From: a virus
Virus record (IMG/VR): IMGVR_UViG_3300035698_026135
Span: 1-64,000 of that record
Length of the DNA stretch: 64,000 nt
Reading direction: 5' to 3' (one strand)
A program made the position numbers and the translations under genes. Shown in pieces: positions 57,318 to 64,000 of the stretch (position 1 is its first letter; the number at the start of each line of letters is the position of its first letter). The notes beneath the pieces were generated by a model that did no database searches, was not told where the DNA came from, and saw nothing but the letters and a program-made list of their open reading frames with translations.

Positions 57318-59030
57318 ATGCCAGTCATCCTCAAAGAGTATTATCAGCTCTCCCCAAATAAAGAGACCCTAACAGAAATGAGACAGTCTCTAAGCGAGGG
57401 CAAACCCTTCATCGTAAAGGGTCTCATTCAACGCGCCGATGCACAGAATCAAAATGGAAGAATTTATCCATTCGAAATTCTCAAAAAGGTCTTGGATGGC
57501 TACGACAAAGATTATGTATCGAAAGGTATTGCATTGGGTGAACTCGACCATTGTCTAGCTGGAGATACGGAAGTGTTGACGGAAGATGGCTGGAAAATGC
57601 TTCCAGATGTAGAGGTCGGAGAGAATGTATATTCCTACAAAGAGGGAGAAATCAAACTTGTGCCGGTAACGAAGACTCACAAATTTGCCTATAATGGAAA
57701 AATGATTCGCCTAACCAACGGAAAAAAGATGGATCTACTAATGACCCCTAATCACAGAATGATTTTGTGGGATAGAGATAATAAAGATTACTATATGACA
57801 GCCGAAGATGCAAGAAAGTCATGGAAGACAAAAAGCCCTTCCCTCTCTCATTCTAGCATTAAGTCGTCCGGCGAGTGGAATGACGGAAATAGCGAATCAT
57901 ATTTTGAGATTCCCGATACGGATTATAGAGTTTCGATGAAGGCGTGGGCCGGTTTGATGGGCATATTTTTATCAGATGGACACGTAGAGGGAAGTCGTTC
58001 GGGAAACGTTAGAAACAATAGGGTTACTATTCACCAGAAAAAGGCCGAAAATATATCAAAAATAGAAGAATTGTTGTCGTCGACCGAACTTCCCTGGACT
58101 AAGTTTATTCACGAAAACGGAAAGCATGAGTGGAGCCTTCACAACAAAGGGGTTCATGCTTACTTTTCTCAGTTTGGCAATTCGGAAACCAAGTTTATTC
58201 CAAGGGATCTACTCTTACAAAATAAAGATGTTTTGTCGACCTTGTCAGAATGGCTCCTTGTTGGCGATGGACGAAACAGAATTTCAAAAACCTCGAACTC
58301 CACAAGAGCTATTAAAGAGTATTCGACTGTGTCAACAAGATTGGCTGACGATGTTAGCGAATTGTTTTTCAAATTGGGATATAGGCCCTTCATCAAGACG
58401 GAGATAGCCAAAGAAGATTTGTTGATTGAAGGGAGGGTTGTCAAAAAAGAAAATTGCAAACCTCTCTATACTGTTGCTGGCAACACGACTAGCACATCGC
58501 TGGATGCTCGATTTATAAACTTCGAAGAAATAGAATATGATGATTATGTTTATTGTATTTCGGATGAAAATAAGAACTTTTTAACACGTAGTCCCAATGG
58601 ATATGTTTGCTGGACAGGCAATACCGAAGAGCCCGTTATAGCACTAAAGAATGTCTCCCATAGAATCCTTGAGGTTTGGTGGGAAGGTAAAGATGTGCAT
58701 GGAAAGGTTCAAATTCTGAACACCCCAGCAGGAAAGATCGCCCAAGAGATGACACTAGCAGGAATACCTCTCGGTATTTCATCGAGAGCCGTTGGATCCG
58801 TATCCAAAAACGAGTCTTCTGGTGCCGATATTGTAGAGGATGACCTTCAAATGATTTGTTTCGATCTTGTCGGCACACCATCTACCCACGGCGCCTTCCT
58901 TCACGAGAATCAAAAAGTGCTTAATTCAAAAGCAAAAGAGATTACGGATTTTGATCCAACAAAAGTTTTGCCCGCCAGCGTAAGAGTAAAGCAAACTCTC
59001 GAAGACATCCTGGGCAAAGAAGTAAAATAA
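57318..59030 (+). CDS. gp21: Prohead core protease (T4 gp21-like) containing an intein
   Basis: QRADAQNQNGRIYP, ALGELDH|intein|TEEP...KNVSH, ILNTPAGKI, LGISSRAVGS, FDLVGTPST; the spliced product would be 213 aa. Confidence 0.95.
   Translation: MPVILKEYYQLSPNKETLTEMRQSLSEGKPFIVKGLIQRADAQNQNGRIYPFEILKKVLDGYDKDYVSKGIALGELDHCLAGDTEVLTEDGWKMLPDVEVGENVYSYKEGEIKLVPVTKTHKFAYNGKMIRLTNGKKMDLLMTPNHRMILWDRDNKDYYMTAEDARKSWKTKSPSLSHSSIKSSGEWNDGNSESYFEIPDTDYRVSMKAWAGLMGIFLSDGHVEGSRSGNVRNNRVTIHQKKAENISKIEELLSSTELPWTKFIHENGKHEWSLHNKGVHAYFSQFGNSETKFIPRDLLLQNKDVLSTLSEWLLVGDGRNRISKTSNSTRAIKEYSTVSTRLADDVSELFFKLGYRPFIKTEIAKEDLLIEGRVVKKENCKPLYTVAGNTTSTSLDARFINFEEIEYDDYVYCISDENKNFLTRSPNGYVCWTGNTEEPVIALKNVSHRILEVWWEGKDVHGKVQILNTPAGKIAQEMTLAGIPLGISSRAVGSVSKNESSGADIVEDDLQMICFDLVGTPSTHGAFLHENQKVLNSKAKEITDFDPTKVLPASVRVKQTLEDILGKEVK
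57552..58622 (+). mobile_element. Intein (357 aa) with a LAGLIDADG homing endonuclease
   Basis: Starts CLAGDTEVLTEDGWK; block B TPNHRM; GIFLSDG and LLVGDG; ends VYCI....NFLTR..G.VCWTGN followed by Thr. Confidence 0.92.
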
Positions 59031-59062
59031 ATTTTAACAACTAACCCAAAAAGGAAGTATAA

Positions 59063-59413
59063 ATGAATATAAAGAAACTATCTTTGTTAATTGAGCGTAT
59101 GGTAGCGAAGCAACTCCAGAAACACCTTAAGCCCATGATCAACGAGGTTCTTGCAGAAAAATACCTCTCTGTGCTTACAGAGCAGAAGGCTCCCGGCCTA
59201 CAGGATTCTTTTCCAGCATACACACAAGAAACCAGGCCCACAACCGCACCTCCCGTAGAAGACGGCAGAAAACAACTACAGGAAAGAAGGGAAGCTTTGA
59301 TAGCGAAGCTTACCGATGGAGACCCAGGAATGGCTATGCTTTATGAGGGTACAAGCGCACTCGACGAAGTTGTCGATGATGATGGCGTTGATATCTCTCG
59401 GTTTGGATTTTAA
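59063..59413 (+). CDS. Small head-associated protein
   Basis: Repeated [LI]xE sites (LIE, INE, LAE, LTE, LYE) typical of prohead-protease substrates. Confidence 0.55.
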   Translation: MNIKKLSLLIERMVAKQLQKHLKPMINEVLAEKYLSVLTEQKAPGLQDSFPAYTQETRPTTAPPVEDGRKQLQERREALIAKLTDGDPGMAMLYEGTSALDEVVDDDGVDISRFGF

Positions 59414-59415
59414 TT

Positions 59416-59748
59416 ATGGATAAATTTAATATATTTGGATTTCTTTTTGAGGGTGGAATGTTGAGCGAAGAGGGAGAAGAGGAAGAGCAACCCGAAGCTG
59501 AACCCGAAGCTCCACAACAGCAACAGCAAGCTGAGCCGACACCAGAGAAAAATGCTGAAGTCGTTAGTCCCACGACAAGTCCTTTCGATCAATTTACTGG
59601 AGAAACAATTCAGAATATTGAATTTCAACCACATGAAAATGGTGGAAGTTTTACAATTAAAGTCGCCAACTCGAATTTGCCAATCATTATTAGTTGGGCT
59701 GGCGATCGAGTCACCATGAAGCACAAGGATATTGTCTCACTAACGTAG
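59416..59748 (+). CDS. Small acidic head-module protein
   Basis: LFE/LSE then an E/P/Q-rich linker and a small beta domain. Confidence 0.55.
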   Translation: MDKFNIFGFLFEGGMLSEEGEEEEQPEAEPEAPQQQQQAEPTPEKNAEVVSPTTSPFDQFTGETIQNIEFQPHENGGSFTIKVANSNLPIIISWAGDRVTMKHKDIVSLT

Positions 59749-59779
59749 TCAATATATTTTTGTTTTACTATTTAAACAT

Positions 59780-60865
59780 GTGAAACTGAAGCTTACAGAC
59801 ATTCTGAAGGAATTGGTTGGAGGTCCCAGCCTTCGTCCTCAAGGCCCTTCAGGCGCAAACCAACATCTATTCCCACACCATGGCCTATACGGCAAATTGG
59901 GCGGAGGGAAGCCTAAAGCTTCCAATAAAGCCCCATATAACGATAAGGATTCAGATTTAGAGAACGGCGATAAAATGGCCGACGAAGCACAACCAAAAAT
60001 AGAAGAGCTTCCTTTGGAGAATCTATTTAAATTTACCACATCGGCCAACGATAATACATCGTTTCCTCGTCCTCCAACTATGGGAGCGGGATCAATGGCC
60101 GCATATGGAAAAGACACTAATGCGATCGACTCCTTCGATACGAGCGATGAAGGAAATGAGGAGCGATTCAAGACACTTAAGGGCCGCGAAGACCAAAGAG
60201 CTAAGATTACAGAGCTTGCAGGGGGGAGAGAGAGACACCCTCGCGATGACAATGATTACTCCACCAAGCAAGGCTGGGCCAACGGAATTCCTGGCCGAGA
60301 CAAAAAAGACATCGAAGCTGGTGATTTAAAAGTAGATGAAATGATGAAAGATAGAGCACCCGATGCTGACGCTGGAAAGATCTATAAAAGGATTGTAGGA
60401 GAATCTCATGCTGGCCCACTCAAGGAAGGGGGCGCCGATTCGTCCTTTTCGAGAATGAATTTACAAAAAACGATGAAATCGCCCCAAAGTGATTTAAATT
60501 TTTGGAATATTATTGATAGAGAAAATATATATCTATTAACGAACCCTAACAAAAAGGAAAAGAATGACAAAAGGAAAAGAAGAAAAGTACAGATTGATAA
60601 GAGATTCCACAAAGCGGCTGAGCTAACTCACGTCCCCGTTGTGGCTAAGCACCTAGAAGTGAAAGCAGAAGAGGTGAATGGAGACATTAGAAAACTAATA
60701 AAGAAATTTTGCAAAAAAGTGAGAAGAGAAGAAGTTCTTAAACCATTTTATGGAAAATTGATGCACTATACTCCAAAGTCTGAAATCAAAAGACAGAAAA
60801 AACTGTCTGCGATATATTCTCAGAAAAAGAAGGAAGAAAAAGAAGAAAAGGAAGAAATTTTATAA
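59780..60865 (+). CDS. Low-complexity head-module protein with a C-terminal bS21-like ribosomal protein domain
   Basis: A single 361-aa frame; the last ~75 aa are bS21-like (see next feature). Confidence 0.65.
   Translation: MKLKLTDILKELVGGPSLRPQGPSGANQHLFPHHGLYGKLGGGKPKASNKAPYNDKDSDLENGDKMADEAQPKIEELPLENLFKFTTSANDNTSFPRPPTMGAGSMAAYGKDTNAIDSFDTSDEGNEERFKTLKGREDQRAKITELAGGRERHPRDDNDYSTKQGWANGIPGRDKKDIEAGDLKVDEMMKDRAPDADAGKIYKRIVGESHAGPLKEGGADSSFSRMNLQKTMKSPQSDLNFWNIIDRENIYLLTNPNKKEKNDKRKRRKVQIDKRFHKAAELTHVPVVAKHLEVKAEEVNGDIRKLIKKFCKKVRREEVLKPFYGKLMHYTPKSEIKRQKKLSAIYSQKKKEEKEEKEEIL
60641..60865 (+). other. rpsU: Ribosomal protein bS21-like domain
   Basis: LEVK..EVNGDIRKLIKKFCKKVRREEVLK....LMHYTPKSEIKRQKKLSA versus the bS21 pattern (V.....E.ALRRFK......G.L.E......Y.KPS..RR.K...A). 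Confidence 0.6.
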
Positions 60866-60928
60866 TTTCTCTGCCTTTTAGGAAATTATTGCATAATTAA
60901 ATGTAAATCTAAAGGAGTTAAATAAACA

Positions 60929-61888
60929 ATGGCAAAACGCAATATTCTTCAAGAATCGATTGTTGAAGCAAAACAACTAAAAGAGGCTGCTTACGAAAAT
61001 GCCCAGAGTGTGCTCATGGAGCACTTGAAGGATAATGTAAAGCAGTTTGTTGACGACCAGATTAATGAGTCTCTTCTTACTGAAGCTGACGAGGTTTCCG
61101 ACGCAGATTCATGCGGTGACGATGAAGAAGTACAAGAAGAAGGTTACAACATGGAAGGAGAAGAGGACATGACAGACGATGAACTAGACCTAGAGGAAGT
61201 TCCCGAAGAAGAGGAAGAAGACGAAGAAGAAGAGTGTGGAGAAGACGAGGACGTGTCCGAAGGCTTCAGCGAAGAGGATCTAGAAGAAGCGATTAATGCT
61301 GCTTTGTCAGAAGTAACCCACGGCGGACTCGGAGACATGGATTGGATTGAGAACGATGGCGAGAAACACGGCACCGGGATCGAAGATTTTGATTCGAAAG
61401 AAGACGGATGGGAAAAGAAACGCGCTCCCAAAGCAACCGATGCTAAACTGTACGGTGGCGAGCAATACCACGAGAGTCTCAAAGCGAAGATTGCATCTCT
61501 TGTAAAAGAGAATGTTACGCTTAAAAAGGCTCACAAGAAACTCTCAGAGGCTCTTAGTGAAACAAATCTTTTTAACGCAAAATTGTATTACGCTACACAG
61601 CTAATGCAGAATGAGTCGCTTAACTCAGATATCAAGACCAAGATAATTAAAAAAATGGACAAGGCCACGACTCGAAACGAGGCGAAAGGCATTTATGAGT
61701 CCGTAGAATTTGCTATTGGATTAATGGGTGAATCAAAGAAGACTTCCAAGAAGTCAAAACGTTCACTTTCCGAAGCTTATGGTTCTGAAGGCAAGTCAGC
61801 TGGCACAGGTGCCGGCGTAACAAATACAGCTCTTACTGAGTCGTATATACGTCGCAGCCAAATCCTCGCTGGTATTGTCAAAGAATAA
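60929..61888 (+). CDS. Prohead scaffolding/core protein (gp22-like)
   Basis: ESIVEAKQLKEAA..NA; very acidic middle; LSETNLFNAKL.Y; R.QILAGI; directly before the MCP. Confidence 0.8.
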   Translation: MAKRNILQESIVEAKQLKEAAYENAQSVLMEHLKDNVKQFVDDQINESLLTEADEVSDADSCGDDEEVQEEGYNMEGEEDMTDDELDLEEVPEEEEEDEEEECGEDEDVSEGFSEEDLEEAINAALSEVTHGGLGDMDWIENDGEKHGTGIEDFDSKEDGWEKKRAPKATDAKLYGGEQYHESLKAKIASLVKENVTLKKAHKKLSEALSETNLFNAKLYYATQLMQNESLNSDIKTKIIKKMDKATTRNEAKGIYESVEFAIGLMGESKKTSKKSKRSLSEAYGSEGKSAGTGAGVTNTALTESYIRRSQILAGIVKE

Positions 61889-61909
61889 TAGGAGGCACAA
61901 GGAAAGAAA

Positions 61910-63538
61910 ATGAATTTTAAAGAATTAACACAAGATACTCGTAACGAGCGAACTTCACAGTCCGCTATCTCACGAAAGAAAGTTGCCAAATGGCAAAAGA
62001 CAGGTCTTCTCGAAGGCTTAAAGGATGCCCGCACGAAAGCCAATATGGCTCGACTGCTTGAGAATCAGGCGGCATCGATGCTTAATGAGGCATCAGACAC
62101 ATCCGACGTAAAGGGATTTCAGGCTATTGCCTTCCCTATGGTACGTCGTGTTTTCGGCAACCTTTTGGTTGGCGAAATTGCATCGGTTCAGCCGATGGCA
62201 CTTCCATCTGGTCTAGTCTTTTGGCTCGACTTTACACATGGTAGTACCGGAAAGGCTGGTACTGGCCGAGACGACTGGTCATCCGGTGGCTCGGTATTTG
62301 GAGATCCCGTTGGACCTCTTACCGGTGGTGCTGATGGAACTGGAGGTCACTACAACCTTCATAATAGTTATACTCAATTCGAAGCTTCGGCTGCGGTTGG
62401 TCTAGCTTCGTCAGGTTCGGCAACTTGGCTTGAGGTCGAATATGATCTTGAGCTTTCGTCCGCTGTAGCTGGCGACACTCTTTGGAAGGTCACTGTTGAC
62501 CTCGACGAGAATGCTGCAATCACAAATGTGGATCAATCAAACTATAAGAGTTTTGCCATCTCGGGAGCAGTGAACGCAGGTGTCACTCGCTACTACAGAC
62601 GTCACAATTTGTTTGATACTGCCACCAATATCCTAACTGTCTTTTACACTGGTGCCGCTGCGCTCGATTCGGGCTCGGCTGTTCAAGTTGCTTATGTCAA
62701 GAAGGATGTTCTTGGAGCAGATACGAATGGTACAACCTTGAGCCCCGCGTTCGAGTATGCATTTGATAGTGCAGATGACATTCCAGAGATTGATATCAAA
62801 ATTACATCTCATCCGGTCACAGCTAACAGTCGTAAGTTGAAAGTCAAGTGGACTCCAGAAGTCGCGCAGGATCTTAACGCTTATCACACTGTTGACGCTG
62901 AAGCTGAGCTTACTCAGGTGATGGCCGATCAGGTGGCACTCGATATTGATTCCGAGGTACTTCAAGATATGGTCAACAATGCGAAAGCAGCGAAATACTA
63001 CTGGGACCGTCGTCCTGGAACGTATGTCGATAAGGCAACAGGCGTGGAGATCACTGGACCTTCCTTCACGGGTAATGTTCAGGAGTGGTATCTTACTCTC
63101 ATGGAAACAGTCCTTGACGTAAGTAACACGATCCACCGCAAGAACTTGCGCTCAGGAGCTAACTTCATGGTGACATCACCTGACGTAGCAACAATCCTTG
63201 AGTCAATGGTTCAATGGCGTCCTTCGATTGATGTTGGCGATCCAAAGCAAACTAAATACTCGATGGGTATTGAGAAAATTGGTACACTTGCAAACCGTTT
63301 CACGGTCTACAAAGCTCCTTTCTTCTTCCGTAATATGATCCTAGTTGGATTTAAGGGAGACGAGTGGCTTGAGACTGGATACGTCTATGCTCCGTACGTT
63401 CCGATGATCGTTACACCAACGATCTACGAGCCCGATAACTTCACTCCACGCAAGGCGGTCATGACCCGTTATGCGAAACAGATCATCCGTGGTGATTATT
63501 ACGGTCTCGTGGTCGTGAAAGGAATGAATATTTTCTAA
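61910..63538 (+). CDS. gp23: Major capsid protein (T4 gp23-like)
   Basis: KW.KTGLLEGL, MARLLENQ, FPMVRRVF, SVQPM.LPSGLVF.LDF, RKLK..WTPE.AQDLNAYH.VDAEAELT, GYVYAPYVP, FTPRK.VMTRYA. Confidence 0.97.
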   Translation: MNFKELTQDTRNERTSQSAISRKKVAKWQKTGLLEGLKDARTKANMARLLENQAASMLNEASDTSDVKGFQAIAFPMVRRVFGNLLVGEIASVQPMALPSGLVFWLDFTHGSTGKAGTGRDDWSSGGSVFGDPVGPLTGGADGTGGHYNLHNSYTQFEASAAVGLASSGSATWLEVEYDLELSSAVAGDTLWKVTVDLDENAAITNVDQSNYKSFAISGAVNAGVTRYYRRHNLFDTATNILTVFYTGAAALDSGSAVQVAYVKKDVLGADTNGTTLSPAFEYAFDSADDIPEIDIKITSHPVTANSRKLKVKWTPEVAQDLNAYHTVDAEAELTQVMADQVALDIDSEVLQDMVNNAKAAKYYWDRRPGTYVDKATGVEITGPSFTGNVQEWYLTLMETVLDVSNTIHRKNLRSGANFMVTSPDVATILESMVQWRPSIDVGDPKQTKYSMGIEKIGTLANRFTVYKAPFFFRNMILVGFKGDEWLETGYVYAPYVPMIVTPTIYEPDNFTPRKAVMTRYAKQIIRGDYYGLVVVKGMNIF

Positions 63539-63569
63539 GCAATATCAAGTACTTAGAGAGATCTTAGAT

Positions 63570-63592
63570 AGGCCGCCTTCGGGCGGCTTTTC
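63570..63592 (+). terminator. Rho-independent terminator with a C(UUCG)G tetraloop after the MCP
   Basis: GCCGCC-TTCG-GGCGGC followed by TTTTCT. Confidence 0.9.
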
Positions 63593-63630
63593 TAATTGTA
63601 TATTATAAAACCTTTGTTGTAGTTACTAGT

Positions 63631-63793
63631 ATGCACAAAGAAGAACTTGAGAGACTATATAACCACAACCACACAAGCTATGGAATGCAAAGAACTATGG
63701 AATACAGATAATGGAACCACTCTATGCATACCCTGTCACAGAAAGACTCCCACTTGGGGATACGGCTCAGTAAAAATATCGAAAAATATATAA
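63631..63793 (+). pseudogene. Degenerate HNH endonuclease fragment (internal deletion plus frameshift)
   Basis: MHKEELERLY start; in another frame, AMECKELWNTDNGTTLCIPCHRKT, a typical HNH C-terminus. Confidence 0.6.
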
Positions 63794-63917
63794 AATTATC
63801 TATTTAAAGGAGGTAAGACCTAGTAGAGATTGTATTCGAGCAGGTATTTGGGTCCAGGTGGAAATAGAAGCCACGATAGCAGCAATTCTATTGTTGTTTT
63901 ATTTTTCTTTTTAGCTC

Positions 63918-63923
63918 TATTTA
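63918..63923 (+). promoter_or_regulatory. Candidate late-promoter element TATTTA (also at 34266, 40305, 59769, 63801)
   Basis: Recurs 5-6 nt before the start codons of structural genes that lack an SD (34278, 59780, 63930). Confidence 0.35.
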
Positions 63924-63929
63924 AATACG

Positions 63930-64000
63930 ATGTCAGAACTATCCTTCGTCTCCTTTAGTGGAAGCACCCGCCCAACAGCCTTCGGAACCTACGACCTAGA
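63930..64000 (+). CDS. Start of a probable neck/head-tail adaptor protein (truncated by the window end)
   Basis: MSELSFVSFSGSTRPTAFGTYDL...; position after the MCP; T.FG.YD motif. Confidence 0.45.
   Translation, partial: MSELSFVSFSGSTRPTAFGTYDL

Noticed and set aside
465-63136. Minus-strand and nested short ORFs in the six-frame track
   Set aside because: They lie antisense to or inside well-supported + strand genes and show no recognisable motifs; treated as shadow ORFs.
1-64000. Alternative genetic code (stop-codon reassignment)
   Set aside because: Long intact ORFs in code 11; TAG, TGA and TAA all end genes immediately followed by the next gene. The two apparent read-throughs (TGA 5574, TAA 53938) involve different codons.
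1-64000. tRNA, rRNA or group I intron
   Set aside because: No cloverleaf or intron core recognised by eye and intergenic spaces are very short; a covariance-model search was not possible.

Overview
64-kb segment of a large tailed dsDNA phage (T4-like myovirus gene set, standard genetic code). Essentially all genes lie on the + strand and are tightly packed, often with TAATG/ATGA overlaps. From left to right: (1) an AT-rich tandem repeat and a small ribbon-helix-helix gene; (2) a ~19-kb glyco-modification island with about 8 glycosyltransferase genes (GT4-like, GT2, GT9-like, a GT4-GT9 fusion, a paralogous divergent GT-B pair), three SAM methyltransferases, a B12-binding radical SAM enzyme, a short UDP-glucose-dehydrogenase-like protein, split HldC/HldA-like heptose-activation enzymes and a cupin fused to an HNH nuclease; (3) a putative late sigma factor and a baseplate/tail-tip module (gp5-like protein with an apparently inactive SGNH domain, gp25, gp6, a LamG-containing wedge protein, FN3-like proteins, a paralogous family); (4) RuvC-like resolvase, primase and an SbcD-SbcC fusion; (5) the head module: TerL, portal, intein-containing prohead protease, a head-type protein ending in a bS21-like ribosomal-protein domain, scaffold, major capsid protein, terminator and the start of a neck gene. 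Homing endonucleases and miniaturised remnants of them are scattered throughout. The best candidate for an undescribed system is phage-encoded virion glycosylation, possibly heptosylation: the sugar-activation/transfer island co-occurs with a marked enrichment of [S/T]-G-S tripeptides in virion-exterior proteins. A second highlight is the bS21-like domain fused to a probable internal head protein. All calls come from motif recognition by eye; no database searches were run.
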